A stretch of 64,000 nt of DNA. Origin: Thermoleophilaceae bacterium (GTDB lineage: Bacteria > Actinomycetota > Thermoleophilia > Solirubrobacterales > Thermoleophilaceae). Location of the stretch: NCBI GenBank assembly GCA_036269895.1, contig DATBDN010000004.1:4759-68758 (forward strand). Reading direction: 5' to 3'. Below, one piece after another: positions 41,819 through 50,953 of the stretch (positions are counted from its first letter, which is position 1; every line of letters starts with the position of its first letter). The notes beneath the pieces were generated by a model. It saw nothing but the letters and a program-made list of their open reading frames with translations, was not told the origin of the DNA and made no database searches. A program made the translations under genes and the position numbers.

Positions 41819-43133
41819 CGGGAGCGGTGAGCATCCACACGTCCTCGTGGTTGGCGGCGGCTTCGCAGGTGTCGGCTGCGTCCGCGAGCTCGCCGAGCAC
41901 GACGACGTTCGCGTCACCTTGATCGACGCGAACAACTACCACCAGTTCCAGCCTTTGCTCTACCAGGTAGCAACTTCGCAGCTGGCGCCCGGCGACATTG
42001 CCTTCTCGCTGCGCCGGCTGTTCCAGGACAACCCGAACGTCGACGTGAAGATGGCCACGGTCGAAGCGATCGATCCGGTTGCGCACACCGTCACGTCCAC
42101 CGACGGCCATGTCTACGAGGGCGACGCGGTCGTGCTTGCCGCCGGGTCACAGCCGAACTTCTTCCGTACAGCGGGCGCGCGCGAGCACGCGTTCCCGCTC
42201 TACTCGCTGACCGACGCGGAAGCGCTGCGCTCGCGAATCCTCGGTGTCTTCGAGGACGCGGATCGGGACCCGTCGCTGGTCGAGCAGGGTGCGCTCAACT
42301 TCGTGATCGTCGGCGGCGGACCGACCGGTGTCGAGATGTCGGGCGCGCTCGCCGACCTGATCCACAACACGATGGTGCGTGAGTACACCGACTTCGCGGT
42401 CAGCGCGGCCGAGATCCACATCGTCGACCTTGGTCACGCACTGCTCGGGCCGTTCTCCGAGACCGCCCACGACTACGTCTCCAAGGTCCTCGGGAAGCGC
42501 GGGGTGCGCATCCACCTCGGCACAGCCGTCAAGGAGATCAGCCCCGGCCACGTGACCCTCGCGGACGGGACGACGATCAGGACGCGCTGCGTGGTCTGGG
42601 GTGGCGGCATCAAGGCGCCCGACGTAGCGGGCTATGCCGGCGTGCCGCAGGGCCGCGGCGGCCGGATCGATGTGGAGCCCGACCTGACCGTCGAAGGCTT
42701 CCCCGGCGTCTACGTGATAGGCGACGCGGCGAACATCCCGGCGCCAGATGGCAGCACGTGGCCGCAGCTCGGCTCCGTCGCGCTGCAATCGGGCACCTGG
42801 GCGGCTCGCAACCTGCTCGCCGACTTCGCCGGCAAGCAGCGCAAACCGTTCCACTACAAGGACAAGGGCATCATGGCGATGATCGGCCGCGGCTCTGCAA
42901 TCGCCGAGGTCGGGCCCCACCGCCACGAGTTGCACGGGGTGATTGCGTTCTCCGCATGGATCGGCGTGCACGCGATGTTGATGACGGGCGTGCACAATCG
43001 CATCGACGCGTTCGTGAACTGGGCTTGGGACTACTTCTCGACCAACTCCGGGCCGCAGGTGCTCGACCGCGCGGGCGCGGCACGCATCGACTGGGGAGAG
43101 GACCGCGTTGAAGTTCCCGTGGCCCATTCGTAG
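41805..43133 (+). CDS. ndh: Type II NADH:quinone oxidoreductase (NDH-2)
   Basis: HVLVVGGGFAGV, YHQFQPLLYQVA, VIVGGGPTGVE, GDAA motifs. The start is moved to ATG 41805. Confidence 0.9.
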   Translation: MSRSNGSGEHPHVLVVGGGFAGVGCVRELAEHDDVRVTLIDANNYHQFQPLLYQVATSQLAPGDIAFSLRRLFQDNPNVDVKMATVEAIDPVAHTVTSTDGHVYEGDAVVLAAGSQPNFFRTAGAREHAFPLYSLTDAEALRSRILGVFEDADRDPSLVEQGALNFVIVGGGPTGVEMSGALADLIHNTMVREYTDFAVSAAEIHIVDLGHALLGPFSETAHDYVSKVLGKRGVRIHLGTAVKEISPGHVTLADGTTIRTRCVVWGGGIKAPDVAGYAGVPQGRGGRIDVEPDLTVEGFPGVYVIGDAANIPAPDGSTWPQLGSVALQSGTWAARNLLADFAGKQRKPFHYKDKGIMAMIGRGSAIAEVGPHRHELHGVIAFSAWIGVHAMLMTGVHNRIDAFVNWAWDYFSTNSGPQVLDRAGAARIDWGEDRVEVPVAHS

Positions 43134-43557
43134 CGTCATCGCCGGCGCCGCGGGAACCGCGGCCATGACCGCCGCATACAACCTCGAGCGCCGCTGGCGC
43201 CACGCGCGCGGCCCCTTGGACTACGACGACTCGCTCGTACCCGGCGAGATCGTCGCGGGGATCATGCACCTCCCGCATGTGACGGCCAAGGAGGACTACG
43301 AGCTCGGCATGGCGCTGCGCTGGGGCTATGGCTCGGTGTTCGGCATCTGGCACGGCATCCTGCGCCGCCGCGTCGGCGAACCACGCGCCAGCCTGGGTTT
43401 CTTCGCCACGCTGATGACGGCAACCCTGTCGCTGTTCCCGATCCTCGGGCGCACGCCGCCGCCGTGGCGATGGCGGAAGGACGTCATGGCGACGGCCGTC
43501 GGTACGCACGTTGCCTACGTGACCGGGCTCGCAGCCGTCGACGACCTGCTCGCCTGA
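43108..43557 (+). CDS. Hypothetical membrane protein
   Basis: 149-aa track ORF (TTG start) with 3-4 hydrophobic segments. It fills the gap between ndh and cydA in the same orientation. Confidence 0.45.
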   Translation: MKFPWPIRSVIAGAAGTAAMTAAYNLERRWRHARGPLDYDDSLVPGEIVAGIMHLPHVTAKEDYELGMALRWGYGSVFGIWHGILRRRVGEPRASLGFFATLMTATLSLFPILGRTPPPWRWRKDVMATAVGTHVAYVTGLAAVDDLLA

Positions 43558-43565
43558 GGCCCGCC

Positions 43566-44951
43566 GTGCTCGTCCACTCGTTGCCGATCGCCGCATCGCA
43601 GCTCGAGGCGGCGCGCAGCCAGATGGCCTTCACGCTCGGCTTCCACATCATCCTCGCGTCGTTCGGCGTGGCATTCCCGGCGATGATGCTGATCGCCAAC
43701 TACCGCGGCCTGAAGCGCGACGATGCCGACGCGCTGCTCCTCGCGCGACGCTGGTCGAAGGTGGTCGCCGTGACGTTCGCCGTCGGCGCGGTCACCGGCA
43801 CCGTCCTGTCGTTCGAGTTCGGCCTGCTCTGGCCGGCGTTCACGGGGCGCTTCGGCAAGGTCTTCGGCGTCCTGTTCGCAATCGAGGGGATCTTCTTCTT
43901 CCTGGAGGCGATCTTCATCGCGATCTACATCTTCGGCTGGGAGCGCCTGAAGCCGTGGCATCACTTCTGGGCCGGCGTCCCCGTTGTCGTCTGTGGCCTC
44001 GGCGGCGCGTTCTCTGTGGTCGCGGTCAACTCGTGGATGAACCAGCCGCAGGGGTTCTCGCCTACCAGTGGCAATGTCACGTCGGTCCAGCCGCTCAAGG
44101 TGATCTTCAACAAGGCGGTGCCGTACGAGGTGCCGCACATGATCCTGGCGGCCTACCTGGTCACCGGCTTCATCGTGGCGTCGGTCTACGCCGTCGGGAT
44201 GCTGCGCGGGCGACGCGACCGCTACCACCGGCTCGGCCTCTTGATCCCGCTGACGGTGGCCTGCATCGCGACGCCGATCCAGTTCGTCGTCGGCGACACC
44301 GCGGCGCGCGCGATCGCCAGCGACCAGCCGCTCAAGTTCGCTGCCATCGAGTGCGTCCAGAAGACCTCGACCGACGTCACCGAGTACATCTACGGCCGCT
44401 GCACCGCGAAGGGGATCAAGGGCGGGATCGGCATCCCGGGCTTCGACTCCTTCCTCGTCGGGGGCAGCAGCTCGACCCAGGTGACCGGGCTCAACACGGC
44501 ACCGGCTAGCAACGAGCCACAGGCGAAGACGCTGCTGCACTGGGCCTTCGACACGATGGTCGGGATCTGCACCGTGCTGATCGCGCTCGGGCTCTGGCTC
44601 GGCTTCGTCTGGTGGCGCAGGCGCGACATCCCGCAGACGAAATGGTTCCTGCGCGCCGTCGCGCTGTCGGGCATCTCCGCCGTCGTCGCGCTCGAGTCGG
44701 GCTGGATCGTGACCGAGGTCGGCCGCCAGCCGTGGATCGTCTACAACGTGATGCGGACGAAGGACGCCGTCACGAACTCCAACGGGATCTGGGTGACGTT
44801 CGCGCTCGTGCTGCTGCTGTACGCGCTGCTCGCCGCCGTGCTCGTGACCACGTTGCGTGCAATGTCGCGGCGTTGGCGCGCTGCCGACGAGAGTGAGTCG
44901 GATGTGCCGTACGGGCCGTCCGGAGCAGTTCCGTCGGAGGTGGTCTCTTGA
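43566..44951 (+). CDS. cydA: Cytochrome bd ubiquinol/menaquinol oxidase subunit I
   Basis: LEAARSQMAFTLGFHIILASFGV, GWIVTEVGRQPW signature. The start is moved to GTG 43566. Confidence 0.9.
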   Translation: MLVHSLPIAASQLEAARSQMAFTLGFHIILASFGVAFPAMMLIANYRGLKRDDADALLLARRWSKVVAVTFAVGAVTGTVLSFEFGLLWPAFTGRFGKVFGVLFAIEGIFFFLEAIFIAIYIFGWERLKPWHHFWAGVPVVVCGLGGAFSVVAVNSWMNQPQGFSPTSGNVTSVQPLKVIFNKAVPYEVPHMILAAYLVTGFIVASVYAVGMLRGRRDRYHRLGLLIPLTVACIATPIQFVVGDTAARAIASDQPLKFAAIECVQKTSTDVTEYIYGRCTAKGIKGGIGIPGFDSFLVGGSSSTQVTGLNTAPASNEPQAKTLLHWAFDTMVGICTVLIALGLWLGFVWWRRRDIPQTKWFLRAVALSGISAVVALESGWIVTEVGRQPWIVYNVMRTKDAVTNSNGIWVTFALVLLLYALLAAVLVTTLRAMSRRWRAADESESDVPYGPSGAVPSEVVS

Positions 44952-45985
44952 GCACGGCCGATGCAGTCGCGGCCGCCCTGTGGATCGGCGTGACCGCGTA
45001 TGCGGTCTTCGGCGGCGCTGACTTCGGCGCGGGGTTCTGGAGTCTGGTCTCGGGGCAACACGAACAGGGGAAACGCGCGCGGGAGCTCTGCGACTGGGCG
45101 ATCGGCCCGGTATGGGAGGGAAACCACGTCTGGCTGATCTTCGTGCTCGTCGTGCTCTGGACCGGGTTCTCGTCGACGTTCGAGGCTGTCTTCTCGACAC
45201 TCTTCATCCCGCTCAGCCTCGCGGCATTCGGGATCGTGCTGCGCGGCGCGGGTTTCGCCTTTCACAAGACGGCACGGCGGCTGGCGGGTCGAAGCATTTC
45301 GGAGCGCGTGTTCGGGATCTCGTCGCTGTTCACGCCGTTCTTCATGGGTACGGTCGTCGGCGCCGTGGCGTCCGGCCGGGTTCCACTCGGCAACGCTGCC
45401 GGCGATCCCGTCACGAGCTGGCTCAATCCGCTGTCGGTCGTGATCGGCGCGCTGTTCGTCGCGACCTCCGCGTACCTGGCCGCGGTGTTCCTGGTCAGCG
45501 ACGCCCGGCGCGCAGGCGCGCGCGACCTCGAGCGCTACTTCACCAACCGTGCGCTGGTGGCCGCCGTTGCCGCGGGCGCGCTGGCGGTGGCCGGGCTGTT
45601 CGCGCTGCACTCGCACGCCCGCTACGTCTACGACCGGCTGATGAGCAACGCGCTGCCGCTCGTGATCGCGTCGGCCATCTGCGGGGTCGCGGTGGTCGTG
45701 CTGCTGTGGCGCGGGGCGCGGCGGGCAACTCGCCCACTCGCGATCGGCGCGGTCGTCGCAATCGTCTGGGGCTGGGGCGTCGCGCAGCATCCGTATCTCC
45801 TGCCCAAGCACCTGACGATCAGCGCAGGCGCGGCTCCGAACTCGACGCTGATCGGGATCCTGATCGTGTTCGCGGCAGCCGTGGTTCTGGTGATCCCCTC
45901 GATCGCCCTGCTCTACATGCTCGCGCAGCGGGGAATGGTCGAGGAGTCCGCCGGTCCGGACGCCGTCCCACACGGCCCGCCGTGA
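44948..45985 (+). CDS. cydB: Cytochrome bd oxidase subunit II
   Basis: YAVFGGADFGAG, GPVWEGNHVWLI. 4-nt overlap with cydA. Confidence 0.9.
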   Translation: MSTADAVAAALWIGVTAYAVFGGADFGAGFWSLVSGQHEQGKRARELCDWAIGPVWEGNHVWLIFVLVVLWTGFSSTFEAVFSTLFIPLSLAAFGIVLRGAGFAFHKTARRLAGRSISERVFGISSLFTPFFMGTVVGAVASGRVPLGNAAGDPVTSWLNPLSVVIGALFVATSAYLAAVFLVSDARRAGARDLERYFTNRALVAAVAAGALAVAGLFALHSHARYVYDRLMSNALPLVIASAICGVAVVVLLWRGARRATRPLAIGAVVAIVWGWGVAQHPYLLPKHLTISAGAAPNSTLIGILIVFAAAVVLVIPSIALLYMLAQRGMVEESAGPDAVPHGPP

Positions 45986-46665
45986 TCGGCGACGTCATCC
46001 TCCTCGCCCTCACGGCGTCGCTCAACCCGACGCTCGTGGCAGCGACGACCGTGATGCTGCTGCTTCCCAACCCGAAGCGGCTCATGATCGGCTACCTGCT
46101 CGGGGCGTACTTCACCAGCCTCACGCTCGGGCTGATCATCGTCTTCGCGCTGCCGAGCTCGAGCGCGACGAAAACGACGCAGCACACCCTCAGCCCGGCC
46201 GTGGACATAGGCCTCGGTTGCATCGCGATCGCGGGCGCGTTCGTGCTGTCAGGCAGTCGTCGCGAACGACGCGTTGCAAGGCGGCACGCCAAGAAAGCGG
46301 CGCACGACGACCGGCCGCCGCGGTGGCGACGCGAGCTGGCAAAGGGGTCGCCGCGGACGACCTTCGTGGTCGGCGCGCTGTTGACACTGCCCGGCGCGTC
46401 GTACCTGGCCGGCCTGACCGAAATCCACAAGCTCGGCGACTCCACAGTCGCGACCGTGCTGCTCGTGATCGGCTTCAACGTTGTGATGCTCTGGCTGCTC
46501 GAGGTGCCGCTGGCGTCCTTCGCGATCGCGCCGGATTGGACGCGGCAAACGATCGACCGCGTGACGGCCTGGGTGAGCCGCCACATCCACCAGGTCGCGG
46601 TCTGGGGCTTGACCGTCGTCGGCTCACTGCTCGTGATCAAGGGAATCGTCGGGCTGATCGCCTAG
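45982..46665 (+). CDS. GAP-family (Sap-like) integral membrane protein
   Basis: GTGA overlap with cydB. VIGDVILLALTASLNPTLVAATTVMLLLP.., central basic loop. Same architecture as 22380..23036. Confidence 0.6.
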   Translation: MIGDVILLALTASLNPTLVAATTVMLLLPNPKRLMIGYLLGAYFTSLTLGLIIVFALPSSSATKTTQHTLSPAVDIGLGCIAIAGAFVLSGSRRERRVARRHAKKAAHDDRPPRWRRELAKGSPRTTFVVGALLTLPGASYLAGLTEIHKLGDSTVATVLLVIGFNVVMLWLLEVPLASFAIAPDWTRQTIDRVTAWVSRHIHQVAVWGLTVVGSLLVIKGIVGLIA

Positions 46666-46672
46666 CGGCCGA

Positions 46673-46693
46673 CCGCCCACGTGGGTGGTTGAT
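46673..46693 (+). terminator. Weak candidate terminator hairpin after the zwf-cydAB operon
   Basis: CCGCCC-ACGT-GGGTGG followed by TTGAT. The U-tract is poor. Confidence 0.25.
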
Positions 46694-46740
46694 GGCGATA
46701 CGTGCCTATTCACCCGCGCGGGCACGGAGAAGATCACCAT

Positions 46741-46989
46741 GTGATCCTCACCGACGCCGCACGTTTCTCGGTTGACGACATGGACGCACTCGTCACCGCG
46801 TCGTTTGCGTGCCCGTACTGCCTGAGGACGCCGTCCACGGCGGTCTTCAACTACGAGGAGCCGAACGGTTCGGCGGTCCTGTGCCATTGCGACGACTGCC
46901 AGGCCAACTGGGTCATCGCCGTGAACGTCGGCCAGGCCATGCGGCTGGCGATTGCGCCGCCGGAGGGCCTCGAGCTGGAGGCGGCATGA
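46741..46989 (+). CDS. Small Cys-rich (zinc-ribbon-like) protein
   Basis: 82 aa with CPYC..(19)..CHCDDC. GTG start after GGAGAAG. Confidence 0.4.
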   Translation: MILTDAARFSVDDMDALVTASFACPYCLRTPSTAVFNYEEPNGSAVLCHCDDCQANWVIAVNVGQAMRLAIAPPEGLELEAA

Positions 46990-47222
46990 GCGCGGTCGTG
47001 TCGCTGTTCCCAGACCCGCAGCATTCGTCGGCCGCCGCGCAGATGGTCGGGCGCGTCGCTCGCGCGCTGGACGTCGAGCCGCGCGCCGGCGCAGACGGGT
47101 CCTGGGAGCTCTGCTTCGAGCTTCCCTACGCGCAGGCTCACGCACGCGTGGCGGACGCACTCGCGGCTATCGACGGCGAGTGGCCGTCGACCGTGACGCT
47201 CGACTACGTGCTGGCGGTCTGA
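46986..47222 (+). CDS. Hypothetical 78-aa protein, coupled to the Cys-rich ORF
   Basis: ATGA overlap at 46986-46989. No family recognised. Confidence 0.35.
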   Translation: MSAVVSLFPDPQHSSAAAQMVGRVARALDVEPRAGADGSWELCFELPYAQAHARVADALAAIDGEWPSTVTLDYVLAV

Positions 47223-48280
47223 GCCGCACGCGAGCGCGCGGCCTCGCGCGAAAGCATCCGCTTGCCCCAGCGGGCGGCCCGTGCGTACTCGAGGATCTGC
47301 GGCAGGTAGTCGAACGGCTCGGGCGCAGGTCCGGCGAGGTCGCGTGCACGGCGATCGTCGAAGCGGGTCTTCACGTCGAAATAGGCGGCGAAGACCCCGG
47401 CCGGGTGGTCGGCAGGCAGGCTCCCGGGCTCGCTGAGCGTCGGCACGCGCCGATCCATCTCGCGGCAGATCTCCGTGATCAGCTCGTGCACGCTCGGCGC
47501 ACGCTCCCCGGCCACCGCGTGGAAGCGGCCGCTCACCTCGGGGGCGAACACCACGCGCTCGATCACCTCGGCCACGTGATCGACCGGGACCATGTCGACG
47601 ACCCCGTCCGGATCGGCCGGCACGGTCTCGAGCAGTCCGCGCGTGAATGCCTGCAGCGGCCAGTAGAGAACGTTGAAGGCCGAGGTCCAGCCGCTGTCGG
47701 ACTCGCCGACGACGATGCTCGGACGCACGATTGCGCTCGGCAGGTCGGACTGCGTGACCGCGCGTTCGGCCTCGAGCTTGGTCTGCTCGTAGGTGTTGCG
47801 AAAGCTGCTGCCGCCGGCGTCGTCTTCGCTGAACAGCGCCGGGGATCGGCCGGCGACGTAGGCCGTCGACACGTGCACGAAGCGCTCGAGGCGCGGTAGC
47901 CGGCGCGCCAGTTCCATGACGCGACGCGTGCCCTCGACGTTGATCTCGCGCGCTTCCTCCAGCGGCAGCGTGAACGAGATCGACGCGGCGCAGTGCACCA
48001 CGCGCTCCACGTTCGCGCGCAGCTCTGTCCGGTGGTGCGAGTTGACGCCGAGGCCTGCCGCCGTCAGTTCTGCGGGGATCGGACGCAAGCGGTCGACCGC
48101 GTCCGGCCAGGTGTCGTAGAGGCGGCCGAGGATCTCGTCGACCCGACCGCGGGCGCCATCCATGTCGGGCGCTCGCACCGCCAGGTAGATGTCCGGCCCG
48201 TCGCCCGTCTCGAGCATGCGGGCGATCAGCTCCATGCCCAGGAAGCCGGTGCCGCCGGTGAGGAGCAGCGCGCCGCTCAT
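47204..48280 (-). CDS. Extended-SDR / fatty-acyl (thioester) reductase-like protein (NAD_binding_4 type)
   Basis: LLTGGTGFLGMELI, VHCAASISF, STAYV, YEQTK (YxxxK). The start is moved to ATG 48280, overlapping the upstream stop. Confidence 0.75.
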   Translation of the reverse strand: MSGALLLTGGTGFLGMELIARMLETGDGPDIYLAVRAPDMDGARGRVDEILGRLYDTWPDAVDRLRPIPAELTAAGLGVNSHHRTELRANVERVVHCAASISFTLPLEEAREINVEGTRRVMELARRLPRLERFVHVSTAYVAGRSPALFSEDDAGGSSFRNTYEQTKLEAERAVTQSDLPSAIVRPSIVVGESDSGWTSAFNVLYWPLQAFTRGLLETVPADPDGVVDMVPVDHVAEVIERVVFAPEVSGRFHAVAGERAPSVHELITEICREMDRRVPTLSEPGSLPADHPAGVFAAYFDVKTRFDDRRARDLAGPAPEPFDYLPQILEYARAARWGKRMLSREAARSRAAQTAST

Positions 48281-49089
48281 CCGGCCGGCGCACCCATCGC
48301 GTGATAGCCGCCGTCCACGTGGATGATCTCGCCGGTCACGCCGCGCGACAGATCCGACAGCAGGTAGCAGACCGTCCCGGCCACCGACGACGGATCGCTC
48401 GTGTCCCAGCCGAGCGGCGCCGTTTCGCCCCAGATCCCAGCCAGCTTTTCGAAGCCGGGGATGCCGCCTGCCGCGAGCGTCTCGATCGGGCCGGCTGAGA
48501 CCAGGTTCACGCGCACCTTGCGCGGGCCGACGTCGCGGGCGAGGTAGCGGGCGACGGCTTCCAGCCCCGCCTTGGCCACCCCCATCCAGTCGTACACCGG
48601 CCACGCGACCGACGCGTCGAAGTCCAGGCCAACCACGCTGGCGCCGCGCTCGGAGCGCTCGAGCAGCGGCAGCAGCGCCGCCGTCAGCGTCTTCAGCGAC
48701 ACTGCGCTCGTCTCGAAGGCGGTCAAGGCGCTTGTCGTCGGCGTGTCGAGGAAGCCGCCCCCCAGCGCGTCGCCGGGCGCAAACGCGATCGCGTGCAGCA
48801 CGCCATCGAGCGCGCCCCAGCGCGACTCGAGCTCGTCCTTGACGACCGCCAGGTCGTCGTCTGAGTTGACGTCGAGCTCGAGCACGTCGACCGGCTCGGG
48901 CAGCTTCGCCGCCGCGCGCTCGGTCATGCGCCGCGCGCGGCCGAACCCCGTCAGCACGATCTCCGCGCCCGCCTCCTGCGCCTGGCGCGCCACCTCGAAC
49001 GCAATCGAGTCGCGCGTGACGACGCCGGTGATCAGCAGCTTCTTGCCCTCCAGAATCAGGCCGCGTCCGTTTCCGTTTCCATTCAGCAT
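48277..49089 (-). CDS. fabI: Enoyl-[acyl-carrier-protein] reductase (NADH), FabI/InhA type
   Basis: LEGKKLLITGV..DSIAF, HAIAFAP, MGVAKAGLEA (Y/M-x6-K region), GEIIHVDGGYH. Confidence 0.9.
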   Translation of the reverse strand: MLNGNGNGRGLILEGKKLLITGVVTRDSIAFEVARQAQEAGAEIVLTGFGRARRMTERAAAKLPEPVDVLELDVNSDDDLAVVKDELESRWGALDGVLHAIAFAPGDALGGGFLDTPTTSALTAFETSAVSLKTLTAALLPLLERSERGASVVGLDFDASVAWPVYDWMGVAKAGLEAVARYLARDVGPRKVRVNLVSAGPIETLAAGGIPGFEKLAGIWGETAPLGWDTSDPSSVAGTVCYLLSDLSRGVTGEIIHVDGGYHAMGAPAG

Positions 49090-49505
49090 CAGGCGGTCAC
49101 CTCCGAGCGTTCCCTGCACAGCGCTTCGATCACGAGACGACAGACCATCTCGCCGTCCTGGTTGACGATCCGCCAGTTCCAGGCGACGAGCGCGGTGTCG
49201 TCGCCGATCTCGCGGCGCTCGGCCTCGCTTCCCTCGACATGAATCGTGTCCCCGAGCCGAACGGGCCGCTTGAACACGACCTCGCGCAGCCGCCGCAGCG
49301 CGACGACCTCCTCCGGGTCGAACGCAACGAGCCCGACGGCGAAGCTGACGATCAGCATGCCGTGCGCGATGCGCTCGCCGAAGGCGCTCTCGGCGGCCCA
49401 GGTGGCGTCCGAGTGCTGCGGGTGCCAGTCGCCGGTGAGGGCCGAGAACGCGACCACGTCGGCCTCGGTGACGGTGCGGGCACGGCTTGTGAACGGCGCG
49501 CTCAC
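49089..49505 (-). CDS. MaoC-like (R)-specific enoyl/3-hydroxyacyl dehydratase
   Basis: Hot-dog fold motif SALTGDWHPQHSD...FGERIAHGML. Confidence 0.85.
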   Translation of the reverse strand: MSAPFTSRARTVTEADVVAFSALTGDWHPQHSDATWAAESAFGERIAHGMLIVSFAVGLVAFDPEEVVALRRLREVVFKRPVRLGDTIHVEGSEAERREIGDDTALVAWNWRIVNQDGEMVCRLVIEALCRERSEVTA

Positions 49506-50953
49506 AGCGGCAGGTTCCCCGCCGGCGTGGGCGTGCGCCGGGCTGTTTCCATGCTCGCGAGGCCGGCCGCAATGCGCGAGCGCGTGTCGACCGGCCAGAC
49601 GATCTCGTCGACGTGGCCGTCGCCGACCGCCGCCGCCGCGCTCAGGTTCTCACGAGCGTAGATGCGCGCCAGTCGCTGCCGCTCGCGCGCGGGATCGGGC
49701 GCGGCGGCGATCGCGCGCCGCTCGACGATCCCGACGGCCTGCTCCGGGCCCATCACGCCGATCTGCGCGTCGGGCCAGGCGAAGACCAGGTCGGAACCCA
49801 GGTCCTTCGAGTTCATCGCGATGAAGGCGCCGCCGAACGCCTTGCGCGTGATCACGGTGACGCGCGGAACTGTCGCCTCGGAGAACGCGTAAACGAGCTT
49901 CGCGCCGTGGCGGATGACGCCGGCCTGCTCCTGCTTGGTGCCGGGCAGGAAGCCGGGGGTGTCGACCAGCACCACGAGCGGCAGGCCGAACAGGTTGCAG
50001 GTGCGTACGAAGCGCGCCGCCTTCTGCGACGCGTCGGCGTCGAGGACGCCGCCGAGGTAGCGGGGGTTGTTCGCAACCACGCCGACCGCACGTCCGTCGA
50101 GGCGCGCGAAGGCGCAGAAGACGTTGCGAGCCCAGCGTGCCGACACCTCCTGGAAGCGCCCACCGTCGACCAGGCTGCGCGCCAGGTCGGCCACGTCGTA
50201 GACCTTGCGCGGGTTCTCCGGCACGGTGTCAACAGGACTGACATCAGGTGGCGCCACCGCCGGCCAGCGGCGCGGCGAGTCGGCGGAGTTCTGCGGCAGG
50301 TAATCGAGCAGGTCGCGCACCAGGAGGCCGGCGTCGACCTCGGTCGGCGCAGTCATGTGGCAGACGCCCGAGCGCTCATGCACCTTGGGGCCGCCGAGTT
50401 CCTGGGCTGTCACCGTCTCGCCCATGACCTCGGCCACGACGCCGGGCCCGGTCAGGAACATGCTGGCGCGGCCAGTCATGATCACGAAGTCGGTGAGCGC
50501 CGGCGCGTACGAGCCACCACCGGCGGACGCGCCGCAGATGACCGAGATCTGCGGAACCTCGCCCGACAGCATCACGTGCTGGCGGAAGATGCGCCCGTAG
50601 CCGGACAGGCCCTCGAGGCCCTCCTGCATGCGCGCACCGGCCGACTCGATGAAGCCGACGACCGGCACCCGGGCGCGCTTGGCGAGCTCCAGCACGCGCA
50701 CGACCGAGTCGGCGTGCGCCTCGCCGAGCGAGCCGCCCGCGAACGACGGGTCCTGCGCGAAGCAGAAGATCTGGCGGCCGTCGACCGCGCCGGCGGCGGC
50801 CAGGATGCCGTCGCCCTCGCGGGCCTTGTCGCCCATGCGACGTGACCGCACCTGCGTGCGGATCAGTTGCAGCGAGCCGGGGTCGCACAGGACCTCGAGC
50901 CGCTCAAGCGCGCTGAGGCGCTCGTCCTGGCGTTCGACGAGTGTGAGGGTCAC
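49502..50953 (-). CDS. accD: Acyl-CoA carboxylase carboxyltransferase beta subunit (AccD-type)
   Basis: FAGGSLGE, GARMQEG, ICGASAGGGSY, TRKAFGGAFIAM motifs. Confidence 0.9.
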   Translation of the reverse strand: MTLTLVERQDERLSALERLEVLCDPGSLQLIRTQVRSRRMGDKAREGDGILAAAGAVDGRQIFCFAQDPSFAGGSLGEAHADSVVRVLELAKRARVPVVGFIESAGARMQEGLEGLSGYGRIFRQHVMLSGEVPQISVICGASAGGGSYAPALTDFVIMTGRASMFLTGPGVVAEVMGETVTAQELGGPKVHERSGVCHMTAPTEVDAGLLVRDLLDYLPQNSADSPRRWPAVAPPDVSPVDTVPENPRKVYDVADLARSLVDGGRFQEVSARWARNVFCAFARLDGRAVGVVANNPRYLGGVLDADASQKAARFVRTCNLFGLPLVVLVDTPGFLPGTKQEQAGVIRHGAKLVYAFSEATVPRVTVITRKAFGGAFIAMNSKDLGSDLVFAWPDAQIGVMGPEQAVGIVERRAIAAAPDPARERQRLARIYARENLSAAAAVGDGHVDEIVWPVDTRSRIAAGLASMETARRTPTPAGNLPL

